Shown here in pieces: positions 12,130-26,800 of a stretch of 64,000 nt of DNA. The DNA is from Centroscyllium fabricii (Eukaryota). The number at the start of each line of letters is the position of its first letter. The first letter of the stretch is position 1. The notes under the pieces were generated by a model, which saw only the letters and a list, made by a program, of their open reading frames with translations, was not told the origin of the DNA and did no database searches. A program made the position numbers and the translations under genes. The DNA is taken from assembly GCA_051313645.2 (NCBI GenBank), contig JBNRSN020000118.1, positions 1,054,001 through 1,118,000 of the forward strand, read 5' to 3'.

Positions 12130-15100
12130 ATCATGTTGTGGTGCACACTGTACAGATGTTCATCATGTTGTGATGCACACTGTACAGATGTTCATCTTGT
12201 TGTGGTGCACACTGTACTGATGTTCATCATGTTGTGGTGCACACTGTACAGATGTTCATCATGTTGTGGTGCACACTGTACAAATGTTCATCTTATTGTG
12301 TTGCACACTGTACAGTTGTTCATCTTTTTGTGGTGCACACTGTACAGATGTTCATCATGTTGTGGTGCACACTGTACAGATGTTCATCTTGTTGTGGTGC
12401 ACACTGTACAGATGTTCAGATTGTTGTGGTGCAAACTGTACAGATGTTGATCATGTTGTGGTGCACACTGTACAGATGTTCATCATGTTGTGGTGCACAC
12501 TGTACAGATGTTCATCATGTTGTGGTGCACACTGTACAGATTTTCATCATGTTGTGGTACACACTGTACAAATGTTCATCTTGTTGTGGTGCACACTGTA
12601 CAGATGCTCATCTTGTTGTGGTGCAAACTGTACAGATGTTGATCATGTTGTGGTACACACTGTACAGATGTTCCTCATGTTGTGGTGCACACTGTACAGA
12701 TGTTCATCTTGTTGTGGTTCACACTGTACAGATGTTCAGCATGTTGTAGTGCACACTGTACAGATGTTCATCTTGTTGTGGTGCACACTGTACAGATGTT
12801 CATCATGTTGTGGTGCACACTGTACAGATGTCCATCATGTTGTGGTGCACACTGTACAGATGTACACCTTATTGTGGTGCACACTTTACAGATGTTCATC
12901 ATGTTGTGGTGCACACTGTACAGATGTTCATCATGTTGCGTTGCACACTGTACAGATGTTCATCATGTTGTGGTGCACACTGTACAGATGTTCACCTTCT
13001 TGTGGTGTACACAGTACAGATGTTCATCATGTTGTGGTGCACCCTGTACAGATGTTCCTCATGTTGTGGTGCACACTCTACAGATGTTCATCATGTTGTG
13101 GTGCACACTGTGCAGATGTTCATCTTGTTGTGGTGCACACTTTTCAGATGTTCATCATGTTGTGGATCACACTGTACAGATGTTCATCATGTTGTGGTGC
13201 ACAATGTACAGATGTTCATCATGTTGTGGTGCACACTGTACAGATGTACATCTTGTTGTGGTGCACACTGTACTGATGTTCGTCTTGTTGTGTTGCACAC
13301 TGTACAGATGTTCATCTTGTTGTGGTGCACACTGTGCAGATATTCACCATGTTGTGGTGGACATTGTACAGATGTTCATCTATGTGTGGTGCACATTGTA
13401 CAGATGTTCACCATGTTATGGTGCACACTCTACAGATGTTCATCTTGTTGTGGTGCACACTGTACAGATGTTCATCATGTTGTAGTGCACACTGTGCAGA
13501 TGTTCATCTTGTTGTGGTGCACACTGTACAGATGTTCATCTTGTTGTGGTGCACATTGTACAGATGTTCATCATGTTGTGGTGCATACTGTACAGATGTG
13601 CATCTTGTTGTGGTGCACACTGTACAGATGTTCATCATGTTGTGGTGCACACTTTACAGATGTTCATCATGTTGTGGTGCACACTGTACAGATGTTCATC
13701 TTGTTGTGGTGCACACTGTACAGATGTTCGTCATGTTGTGGTGCACACTGTACAGATGTCCATCATGTTGTGGTGCACTCTGTACAGATGTCCACCTTTT
13801 GTGGTGCACACTGTACAGATGCTCATCTTGTTGTGGTGCAAATTGTACAGAAGTTCATCATGTTGTGGTACACACTGTACAGATGTTCATCATGTTGTGG
13901 TGCACACTGTACAGATGTTCATCTTGTTGTGGAGCACTCTGTACAGATGTTAATCATGTTGTAGTGCACACTGTACAGATGTTCATCTTGTTGTGGTGCA
14001 CACTGTACAGATGTTCATCTTGTGGTGCACACTGTACAGATGTTCATCATGTTGTGGTGCACATTGTACAGATGTAGATCTTGTTGTGGTGCACACTGTA
14101 CAGATGTTCATCATGTTGTGGTGCACACTGTACAGATGTTCATCATGTTGAGGTGCACACTGTACAGATGTTCATCTTGTTGCGGTGCATACTGTACAGA
14201 TGTTCATCTTGTTGATTTGCACACTGTACAGATCTTCATCTTGTTGTTCTGCACACTGTACAGAAGTTAATCATGTTGTGGTGAACATTGTTCAGATGTT
14301 CATCTTGTTGTGGTGCACACTGTACAGATGTTCATCATGTTGTAGTGCACACTGTGCAGATGTTCATCTTGTTGTGGTGCACACTGTACAGATGGTCATC
14401 TTGTTGTGGTGCACACTGTACAGATGTTCATCATGTTGTGGTGCACACTGTACAGATGTTCATCATGTTGTGGTACACACTGTACAGATGTTCATCATGT
14501 TGTGGAGCACACTGTACAGATGTTCATCATGTTGTAGTGCACACTGTACAAATGTTCATCTTTTTGTCTTGCACACTGTACAGATGTTCATCTTGTTGTG
14601 GTGCACACTGTAAAGATGTTCACCATGTTGTGGTGCATACTGTACAGATGTTCATCTTGTTGTGGTGCACACTGTACAGATGTTCCTCATGTTGTAGTGC
14701 ACAATGTACAGATGTTCATCTTGTTGTGGTGCACACTTTACAGATGTTCATCTTGTTGTGGTGCACACTGTACAGATGTTCATCATGTTGTGGTGCACAC
14801 TGTACAGATGTACATCTTGTTGTGGTGCACACTTTACAGATGTTCATCATGTTGTGGTGCACACTGTACAGATGTTCATCATGTTGCGTTGCACACTGTA
14901 CAGATGTTCATCATGTTGTGGTGCACACTGTACAGATGTTCACCTTCTTGTGGTGTACACAGTACAGATGTTCATCATGTTGTGGTGCACACTGTACAGA
15001 CGTTCCTCATGTTGTGGTGCACACTCTACAGATGTTCATCATGTTGTGGTGCACACTGTGCAGATGTTCATCTTGTTGTGGTGCACACTTTTCAGATGTT

Positions 15101-18100
15101 CATCATGTTGTGGATCACACTGTACAGATGTTCATCATGTTGTGGTGCACAATGTACAGATGTTCATCATGTTGTGGTGCACACTGTACAGATGTTCATC
15201 TTGTTGTGGTGCACACTGTACTGATGTTCGTCTTGTTGTGTTGCACACTGTACAGATGTTCATCTTGTTGTGGTGCACTCTGTACAGATGTTCACCATGT
15301 TGTGGTGGACATTGTACAGATGTTCATCTATGTGTGGTGCACATTGTACAGATGTTCACCATGTTATGGTGCACACTGTACAGATGTTCATCTTGTTGTG
15401 GTGCACACTGTACAGATGTTCATCATGTTGTAGTGCACACTGTGCAGATGTTCATCTTGTTGTGGTGCACACTGTACAGATGTTCATCTTGTTGTGGTGC
15501 ACATTGTACAGATGCTCATCATGTTGTGGTGCATACTGTACAGATGTACATCTTGTTGTGGTTCACACTGTACAGATGTTCATCATGTTGTGGTGCACAC
15601 TATACAGATGTTCATCATTTTGTGGTGCACACTGTACAGATGTTCATCATGTTGTGGTGAACACTGTACAGATGTCCATCATGTTGTGGTGCACACTGTA
15701 CAGGTGTCCACCTTTTGTAGTGCACACTGTACAGATGTTCATCATGTTGTGGTGCACACTATACAGATGTTCATCATGTTGTGGTGCACACTGTACAGAT
15801 GTTCATCATGTTGTGGTTCACACTGTACAGATGTCCATCATGTTGTGGTGCAAACTGTACAGGTGTCCACCTTTTGTGGTGCACATTGTACAGATGTACA
15901 TCTTGTTGTGGTGCAAACTGTACAGATGTTCATCATGTTGTGGTGCACACTGAACAGATGTTCATCATGTTGTGGTGCACACTGTACAGATGTTCATCAT
16001 GTTGTGGTGCACTCTGTACAGATGTTCACCTTCTTGTGGTGTACACAGTACAGATGTTCATCATGTTGTGGTGCACACTGTACAGTTGTTCCTCATGTTG
16101 TGGTGCACACTGTACAGATGTTCATCATGGTGTGGTGCACACTGTACAGATTTTCATCTTGTTGTGGTGCACACTGTACAGATGTTCATCATGTTGTGGA
16201 GCACACTGTACAGATGTTCATCATGTTGTGGTGCACAATGTACAGATGTTCATCATGTTGTGATGCACACTGTACAGATGTTCATCTTGTTGTGGTGCAC
16301 ACTGTACTGATGTTCATCATGTTGTGGTGCACACTGTACAGATGTTCATCATGTTGTGGTGCACACTGTACAAATGTTCATCTTATTGTGTTGCACACTG
16401 TGCAGTTGTTCATCTTTTTGTGGTGCACACTGTACAGATGTTCATCATGTTGTGGTGCACACTGTACAGATGTTCATCTTGTTGTGGTGCACACTGTACA
16501 GATGTTCATCTTGTTGTGGTGCAAACTGTACAGATGTTGATCATGTTGTGGTGCACACTGTACAGATGTTCATCATGTTGTGGTGCACACTGTACAGATG
16601 TTCATCATGTTGTGGTGCACACTGTACAGATTTTCATCATGTTGTGGTGCACACTGTACAAATGTTCATCTTGTTGTGGTGCACACTGTACAGATGCTCA
16701 TCTTGTTGTGGTGCAAACTGTACAGATGTTGATCATGTTGTGGTACACACTGTACAGATGTTCCTCATGTTGTGGTGCACACTGTACAGATGTTCATCTT
16801 GTTGTGGTTCACACTGTACAGATGTTCAGCATGTTGTAGTGCACACTGTACAGATGTTCATCTTGTTGTGGTGCACACTGTACAGATGTTCATCATGTTG
16901 TGGTGCACACTGTACAGATGTTCATCATGTTGTGGTGCACACTGTACAGATGTACACCTTGTTGTGGTGCACACTTTACAGATGTTCATCATGTTGTGGT
17001 GCACACTGTACAGATGTTCATCATGTTGCGTTGCACACTGTACAGATGTTCATCATGTTGTGGTGCACACTGTACAGATGTTCACCTTCTTGTGGTGTAC
17101 ACAGTACAGATGTTCATCATGTTGTGGTGCACCCTGTACAGATGTTCATCATGTTGTGGTGCACACTGTGCAGATGTTCATCTTGTTGTGGTGCACACTT
17201 TTCAGATGTTCATCATGTTGTGGATCACACTGTACAGATGTTCATCATGTTGTGGTGCACAATGTACAGATGTTCATCATGTTGTGGTGCACACTGTACA
17301 GATGTACATCTTGTTGTGGTGCACACTGTACTGATGTTCGTCTTGTTGTGTTGCACACTGTACAGATGTTCATCTTGTTGTGGTGCACACTGTGCAGATG
17401 TTCACCATGTTGTGGTGGACATTGTACAGATGTTCATCTATGTGTGGTGCACATTGTACAGATGTTCACCATGTTATGGTGCACACTCTACAGATGTTCA
17501 TCTTGTTGTGGTGCACACTGTACAGATGTTCATCATGTTGTAGTGCACACTGTGCAGATGTTCATCTTGTTGTGGTGCACACTGTACAGATGTTCATCTT
17601 GTTGTGGTGCACATTGTACAGATGTTCATCATGTTGTGGTGCATACTGTACAGATGTACATCTTTTTGTGGTGCACACTGTACAGTTGTTCATCATGTTG
17701 TGGTGCACACTTTACAGATGTTCATCATGTTGTGGTGCACACTGTACAGATGTTCATCTTGTTGTGGTGCACACTGTACAGATGTTCGTCATGTTGTGGT
17801 GCACACTGTACAGATGTCCATCATGTTGTGGTGCACTCTGTACATATGTCCACCTTTTGTGGTGCACACTGTACAGATGCTCATCTTGTTGTGGTGCAAA
17901 ATGTACAGAAGTTCATCATGTTGTGGTACACACTGTACAGATGTTCATCATGTTGTGGTGCACACTGTACAGATGTTCATCTTGTTGTGGAGCACTCTGT
18001 ACAGATGTTAATCATGTTGTAGTGCACACTGTACAGATGTTCATCTTGTTGTGGTGCACACTGTACAGATGTTCATCTTGTGGTGCACACTGTACAGATG

Positions 18101-20290
18101 TTCATCATGTTGTGGTGCACATTGTACAGATGTAGATCTTGTTGTGGTGCACACTGTACAGATGTTCATCATGTTGTGGTGCACACTGTACAGATGTTCA
18201 TCATGTTGTGGTGCACACTGTACAGATGTTCATCTTGTTGCGGTGCACACTGTACAGATGTTCATCTTGTTGATTTGCACACTGTACAGATCTTCATCTT
18301 GTTGTTCTGCACACTGTACAGAAGTTAATCATGTTGTGGTGCACATTGTTCAGATGTTCATCTTGTTGTGGTGCACACTGTACAGATGTTCATCATGTTG
18401 TAGTGCACACTGTGCAGATGTTCATCTTGTTGTGGTGCACACTGTACAGATGTTCATCTTGTTGTGGTGCACACTGTACAGATGTTCATCATGTTGTGGT
18501 GCACACTGTACAGATGTTCATCATGTTGTGGTACACACTGTACAGATGTTCATCATGTTGTGGAGCACACTGTACAGATGTTCATCATGTTGTGGTGCAC
18601 ACTGTACAAATGTTCATCTTTTTGTGTTGCACACTGTACAGATGTTCATCTTGTTGTGGTGCACACTGTAAAGATGTTCACCATGTTGTGGTGCATACTG
18701 TACAGATGTTCATCTTGTTGTGGGGCACACTGTACAGATGTTCCTCATGTTGTAGTGCACAATGTACAGATGTTCATCTTGTTGTGGTGCACACTTTACA
18801 GATGTTCATCTTGTTGTGGTGCACACTGTACAGATGTTCATCATGTTGTGGTGCACACTGTACAGATGTACATCTTGTTGTGGTGCACACTTTACAGATG
18901 TTCATCATGTTGTGGTGCACACTGTACAGATGTTCATCATGTTGCGTTGCACACTGTACAGATGTTCATCATGTTGTGGTGCACACTGTACAGATGTTCA
19001 CCTTCTTGTGGTGTACACAGTACAGATGTTCATCATGTTGTGGTGCACACTGTACAGATGTTCCTCATGTTGTGGTGCACACTCTACAGATGTTCATCAT
19101 GTTGTGGTGCACACTGTGCAGATGTTCATCTTGTTGTGGTGCACACTTTTCAGATGTTCATCATGTTGTGGATCACACTGTACAGATGTTCATCATGTTG
19201 TGGTGCACAATGTACAGATGTTCATCATGTTGTGGTGCACACTTTACAGATGTTCATCTTGTTGTGGTGCACACTGTACTGATGTTCGTCTTGTTGTGTT
19301 GCACACTGTACAGATGTTCATCTTGTTGTGGTGCACTCTGTACAGATGTTCACCATGTTGTGGTGGACATTGTACAGATGTTCATCTATGTGTGGTGCAC
19401 ATTGTACAGATGTTCACCATGTTATGGTGCACACTGTACAGATGTTCATCTTGTTGTGGTGCACACTGTACAGATGTTCATCATGTTGTAGTGCACACTG
19501 TGCAGATGTTCATCTTGTTGTGGTGCACACTGTACAGATGTTCATCTTGTTGTGGTGCACATTGTACAGATGCTCATCATGTTGTGGTGCATACTGTACA
19601 GATGTACATCTTGTTGTGGTGCACACTGTACAGATGTTCATCATGTTGTGGTGCACACTATACAGATGTTCATCATTTTGTGGTGCACACTGTACAGATG
19701 TTCATCATGTTGTGGTGCACACTGTACAGATGTCCATCATGTTGTGGTGCACTCTGTACAGGTGTCCACCTTTTGTAGTGCACACTGTACAGATGTTCAT
19801 CATTTTGTGGTGCACACTATACAGATGTTCATCATGTTGTGGTGCACACTGTACAGATGTTCATCATGTTGTGGTTCACACTGTACAGATGTCCATCATG
19901 TTGTGGTGCAAACTGTACAGGTGTCCACCTTTTGTGGTGCACATTGTACAGATGTACATCTTGTTGTGGTGCAAACTGTACAGATGTTCATCATGTTGTG
20001 GTGCACACTGTACAGATGTTCATCATGTTGTGGTGCACACTGTACAGATGTTCATCATGTTGTGGTGCACTCTGTACAGATGTTCACCTTCTTGTGGTGT
20101 ACAAAGTACAGATGTTCATCATGTTGTGGTGCACAGTGTACAGTTGTTCCTCATGTTGTGGTGCACACTGTACAGATGTTCATCATGGTGTGGTGCACAC
20201 TGTACAGATTTTCATCTTGTTGTGGTGCACACTGTACAGATGTTCATCATGTTGAGGAGCACACTGTACAGATGTTCATCATGTTGTGGT
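12130..20290. repeat. Higher-order repeat domain B: two tandem copies of a 4.06-4.09 kb unit with an internal 1948-bp duplication
   Basis: TGATGCACAC at 12171 and 16261 (offset 4090). ORF pairs 12234/16324 and 12266/16356 differ by 4090, then 13322/17380, 13546/17604, 14022/18080, 14704/18762, 15270/19328 and 15781/19839 differ by 4058. Marker ATCTATGTGTGG lies near 13378, 15326, 17436 and 19384. Confidence 0.9.
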
Positions 20291-20899
20291 GCACAATGTA
20301 CAGATGTTCAGCATGTTGTGGTGCACACTGTACAGATGTTCATCTTGTTGCGGTGCACACTGTACAGATGTTCATCTTGTTGATTTGCACACTGTACAGA
20401 TCTTCATCTTGTTGTGGTGCACACTGTACAGAAGGTAATCATGTTGTGGTGCACATTGTTCAGATGTTCATCTTGTTGTGGTGCACATTGTACAGATGTT
20501 CACCATGTTGTGGTGCACACTGTACATATGTTCATCTTGTTGTGGTGCACACTGTACAGATGTTCATCTTGTTGTGGTGCACACTGAACAGATGTTCATC
20601 ATGTTGTGGTGCACACTGTACAGATGTTCATCATGTTGTGGTACACACTGTACAGATGTTCATCATGTTGTGGTGCACACTGTACAGATGTTCAACATGT
20701 TGTGGTGCACACTGTACAAATGTTCATCTTTTTGTGTTGCACACTGTACAGATGTTCATCTTGTTGTGGTGCACACTGTAAAGATGTTCACCATGTTGTG
20801 GTGCATAATGTACAGATGTTCATCTTGTTGTGGTGCACACTGTACAGATGTTCATCTTGTTGTGGTGCACACTGTACAGATGTTCCTCATATTGTGGTG

Positions 20900-23800
20900 C
20901 ACTCTGTACAGATGTTCATCTTGTTGTGGTGCACACTGTACAGATGTTCGACATGTTGTGGTGCACACTGTAGAGATGTTCAACATGTTGTGGTGCACAC
21001 TGTACAGATGTTCATCATGTTGTGGTGCACACTGTACAGATGTTCATCATGTTGTGATGCACATTGTACAGATGTTCATCATGTTGTGGTGCACACTGTA
21101 CAGATGTTCATCATGTTGTGGTGAACACTGTACATATGTTCATCATGTTGTGGTGCACAATGTACAGATGTTCATCTTGTTGTGGTGCACACTGTACAGA
21201 TGTTCATCATGTTGTGGTGCACACTGTACAGATGTTCATCATGTTGTGGTGCACACTGTACAGATGTTCAACATGTTGTGGTGCACACTGTACAGATGTT
21301 CATAATGTTGTGGTGCACACTGTACAGATGTTCATCATGTTGTAGTGCACAATGTACAGATGTTCATCTTGTTGTGGTGCACACTGTACAGATGTTCATC
21401 ATGTTGTGGTGCACATTGTACAGATGTTCATCATGTTGTGGTGCACACTGTACATATGTTCATCATGCTGTGGTCCACACTGTACAGATGTTCATCATGT
21501 TGTGGTGCACACTGTACAGATGTTCATCTTGCTGTGGTGCACAATGTACAGATGTTCATCATGTTGTGGTGCACACTGTACAGATGTTCATCATGTTGTG
21601 GTGCACACTTTACAGATGTTCATCATGTTGTGGTGCACACTGCACAGATGTTCATCATGTTGTGGTGCACACTGTACAAATGTTCATCTTATTGTGTTGC
21701 ACACTGTACAGATGTTCATCTTGTTGTGGTGCACATTGTACAGATGTTCATCATGTTGTGGTGCACACTGTTCAGATGTTCATCTTGTTGTGGTGCACAC
21801 TTTACAGATGTTCATCATATTGTGGAGCACAATGTACAGATGTTCATCATGTTGTTGTGCACAACTTAGAGATGTTCATCATGTTGTGGTGCACATTGTA
21901 CAGATGTTCATCTTGTTGTGGTGCACACTGTACAGATGTTCATCTTGTTGTGTTGCACACTGTACAGATGTTCATCTTGTTGTGCTACACACTGTACAGA
22001 TGTTCATCATGTTGTGGTGCACATTTTACAGATGTTCATCTTGTTGTGGTGCACATTGTAGAGATGTTCACCATGTTGTGGTGCACACTGTACAGATGTT
22101 CATCTTGTTGTGGTGCACACTGTACAGATGTTCATCATGTTGTAGTGCACACTGTGCAGATGTTCATCTTGTTGTGGTGCACACTGTACAGATGTTCATC
22201 TTGTTGTGGTGCACATTGTACAGATGTTCATCATGTTGTGGTGCATACTGTACAGATGTACATCTTGTTGTGGTGCACACTGTACAGATGTTCATCATGT
22301 TGTGGTGCACACTTTACAGATGTTCATCATGCTGTTGTGCACACTGTACAGATGCTCATCTTGTTGTGGTGCAAACTGTACAGATGTTCATCATGTTGTG
22401 GTACACACTGTACAGATGTTGAACATGTTGTGGAGCACACTGTACAGATGTTCATCTTGTTGTGTTGCACACTGTACAGATGTTCATCTTGTAGTGGTGC
22501 ACACTGTACAGATGTTCATCATGTTGTGGTGCACATTGTACAGATGTTCATCTTGTTGTGGTGCACATTGTACAGATGTTCAGCATGTTGTGGTGCACAC
22601 TGTACATATGTTCATCTTGCTATGGTGCACACTGTACAGATGTTCATCATGTTGTAGTGCACACTGTGCAGAAGTTCATCTTGTTGTGGTGCACAATTTA
22701 CAGATGTTCATCATGTTGTGGTGCACATTGTACAGATGTTCATCATGTTGTGGTGCACACTGTACAGATGTTCATCATGTTGTGGTGCACACTGTACAGA
22801 TGTTCATCATGTTGTGGTGCACAATGTACAGGTTTTCATCATGTTGTGGTGCACACTGTGCAGATGTTCATCATGTTGTGTTGCACACTGTTCAGATGTT
22901 CATCATGTTGTGGATCACACTGTACAGATGTTCATCATGTTGTGGTGCACAATGTACAGATGTTAATCATGTTGTGGTGCACACTGTACAGATGTTCATC
23001 TTGTTGTGGTTCACACTGTACTGATGTTCGTCTTGTGGTGTTGCACACTGTACAGATGTACATCTTGTTGTGGTGCACACTGTACAGATGTTCATCATGT
23101 TGTGGAGCACACTTTACAGATGTTCATCATGTTGCGGGGCACACTGTACAGATGTTCATCTTGTTGTGGTGCACACTGTACAGATGTTCATCATGTTGTG
23201 GTGCACAATGTGCAGATGTCCATCATGATGTGGTGCACACTGTACAGATGTTCGCCTTTTGTGGTGCACACTGTACAGATGCTCATCTTGTTGTGGTGCA
23301 AACTGTACAGATGTTCATCATGTTGTGGTACACACTGTACAGATGTTCATCATGTTGTGGTGCACACTGTACAGATGTTCATCTTGTGGTGCATACTGTA
23401 CAGATGTTCATCATGTTGTAGTGCACACTGTACAGATGTTCATCTTGTTGTGGTGCACAATGTACAGATGTTCATCATGTTGTGGTGCACATTGTACAGA
23501 TGTTCATCATGTTGTGGTGCACACTGTACAGATGTTCATCATGTTGTGGTGCACACTGTACAGATGTTCATCATGTTGTGGTGCACACTGTACAGATGTT
23601 CATCTTGTTGTGGTGCACACTGTACAGATGTTCATCATGTTGTGGTGCACACCGTTCAAATGTTCATCTTATTGTGTTGCACTCTGTACAGATGTTCATC
23701 TTGTTGTGGTGCACACTGTACAGATGTTCGACATGTTGTGGTGCACACTGTAGCGATGTTCAACATGTTGTGGTGCACACTGTACAGATGTTCATCATGT

Positions 23801-26800
23801 TGTGGTGCACACTGTACAGATGTTCATCATGTTGTGATGCACATTGTACAGATGTTCATCAAGTTGTGGTGCACACTGTACAGATGTTCATCATGTTGTG
23901 GTGCACACTGTACAGGTGTTCATCATGTTGTGGTGCACAATGTACAGATGTTCATCTTGTTGTGGTGCACACTGTACAGATGTTCATCATGTTGTGGTGC
24001 ACACTGTACAGATGTTCATCATGTTGTGGTGCACACTGTACAGATGTTCAACATGTTGTGGTGCACACTGTACAGATGTTCATCATGTTGTGGTGCACAC
24101 TATACAGATGTTCATCATGTTGTGGTGCACAATGTACAGATGTTCATCTTGTTGTGGTGCACACTGTACAGATGTTCATCATGTTGTGGTGCACATTGTA
24201 CAGATGTTCATCATGTTGTGGTGCACACTGTACATATGTTCATCATGTTGTGGTGCACACTGTACAGATGTTCATCATGTTGTGGTGCACACTGTACAGA
24301 TGTTCATCTTGTTGTGGTGCACAATGTACAGATGTTCATCATGTTGTGGTGCACACTGTACAGATGTTCATCATGTTGTGGTGCACACTTTACAGATGTT
24401 CATCATGTTGTGGTGCACACTGTACAGATGTTCATCATGTTGTGTTGCACACTGTACAAATGTTCATCTTATTGTGTTGCACACTGTACAGACGTTCATC
24501 TTGTTGTGGTGCACATTGTACAGATGTTCATCATGTTGTGGTGCACACTGTTCAGATGTTCATCTTGTTGTGGTGCACACTTTACAGATGTTCATCATGT
24601 TGTGGAGCACAATGTACAGATGTTCATCATGTTGTTGTGCACAATTTAGAGATGTTCATCATGTTGTGGTGCACACTGTACAGATGTTCATCTTGTTGTG
24701 GTGCACACTGTACAGATGTTCATCTTGTTGTGTTGCACACTGTACAGATGTTCATCTTGTTGTGCTGCACACTGTACAGATGTTCATCATGTTGTGGTGC
24801 GCATTTTACAGATGTTCATCTTGTTGTGGTGCACATTGTAGAGATGTTCATCATGTTGTGGTGCACACTGTACAGATGTTCATCTTGTTGTGGTGCACAC
24901 TGTACAGATGTTCATCATGTTGTAGTGCACACTGTGCAGATGTTCATCTTGTTGTGGTGCACACTGTACAGATGTTCATCTTGTTGTGGTGCACATTGTA
25001 CAGATGTTCATCATGTTGTGGTGCATACTGTACAGATGTACATCTTGTTGTGGTGCACACTGTACAGATGTTCATCATGTTGTGGTGCACACTTTACAGA
25101 TGTTCATCATGCTGTTGTGCACACTGTACAGATGCTCATCTTGTTGTGGTGCAAACTGTACAGATGTTCATCATGTTGTGTTACACACTGTACAGATGTT
25201 GATCATGTTGTGGAGCACACTGTACAGATGTTCATCTTGTTGTGTTGCACACTGTACAGATGTTCATCTTGTAGTGGTGCACACTGTACAGATGTTCATC
25301 ATGTTGTGGTGCACATTGTACAGGTGTTCATCTTGTTGTGGTGCACATTGTACAGATGTTCAGCATGTTGTGGTGCACACTGTACATATGTTCATCTTGC
25401 TATGGTGCACACTGTACAGATGTTCATCATGTTGTATTGCACACTGTGCAGATGTTCATCTTGTTGTGGTGCACAATGTACAGGTGTTCATCATGTTGTG
25501 GTGCACATTGTACAGATGTTCATCATGTTCTGGTGCACACTGTACAGATGTTCATCATATTGTGGTGCACACTGTACAGATGTTCATCATGTTGTGGTGC
25601 GCAATGTACAGGTGTTCATCATGTTGTGGTGCACACTGTGCAGATGTTCATCATGTTGTGGTGCACACTGTTCAGATGTTCATCATGTTGTGGATCACAC
25701 TGTACAGATGTTCATCATGTTGTGGTGCACAATGTACAGATGTTAATCATGTTGTGGTGCACACTGTACAGATGTTCATCTTTTTGTGGTTCACACTGTA
25801 CTGATGTTCGTCTTGTGGTGTTGCACACTGTACAGATGTTCATCTTTTTGTGGTGCACACTGTACAGATGTTCATCATGTTGTGGTGCACATTGTACAGA
25901 TGTTCATCTTGTTGTGGTGCACATTGTGCAGATGTTCACCATGTTATGGTGCACACTGTACAGATGTTCATCTTGTTGTGGTGCACACTGTACAGATGTT
26001 CATCATGTTGTAGTGCACACTGTGCAGATGTTCATCTTGTTGTGGTGCACACTGTACAGATGTTCATCTTGTTGTGGTGCACATTGTACAGATGTTCATC
26101 ATGTTGTGGTGCATACTGTACAGATGTACATCTTGTTGTGGTGCACACTGTACAGATGTTCATCATGTTGTGGAGCACACTTTACAGATGTTCATCATTT
26201 TGTGGGGCACACTGTACAGATGTTCATCTTGTTGTGGTGCACACTGTACAGATGTTCATCATGCTGTGGTGCACACTGTGCAGATGTCCATCATGATGTG
26301 GTGCACACTGTACAGATGTTCACCTTTTGTGGTGCACACTGTACAGATGCTCATCTTGTTGTGGTGCAAACTGTACAGATGTTCATCATGTTGTGGTACA
26401 CACTGTACAGATGTTCATCATGTTGTGGTGCACACTGTACAGATGTTCATCTTGTGGTGCATACTGTACAGATGTTCATCATGTTGTAGTGCACACTGTA
26501 CAGATGTTCATCATGTTGTGGTGCACACTGTACAGATGTTCATCATGTTGTGGTGCACACTGTACAGATGTTCATCATGTTGTGGTGCACACTGTACAGA
26601 TGTTCATCATGTTGTGTTGCACAATGTACAGATGTTCATCTTGTTGTGGTGCACAATGTACAGATGTTCATCATGTTGTGGTGCACATTGTACAGATGTT
26701 CATCATGTTGTGGTGCACACTGTACAGATGTTCATCATGTTGTGGTGCACACTGTACAGATGTTCATCATGTTGTAGTGCACACTGTACAGATGTTCATC

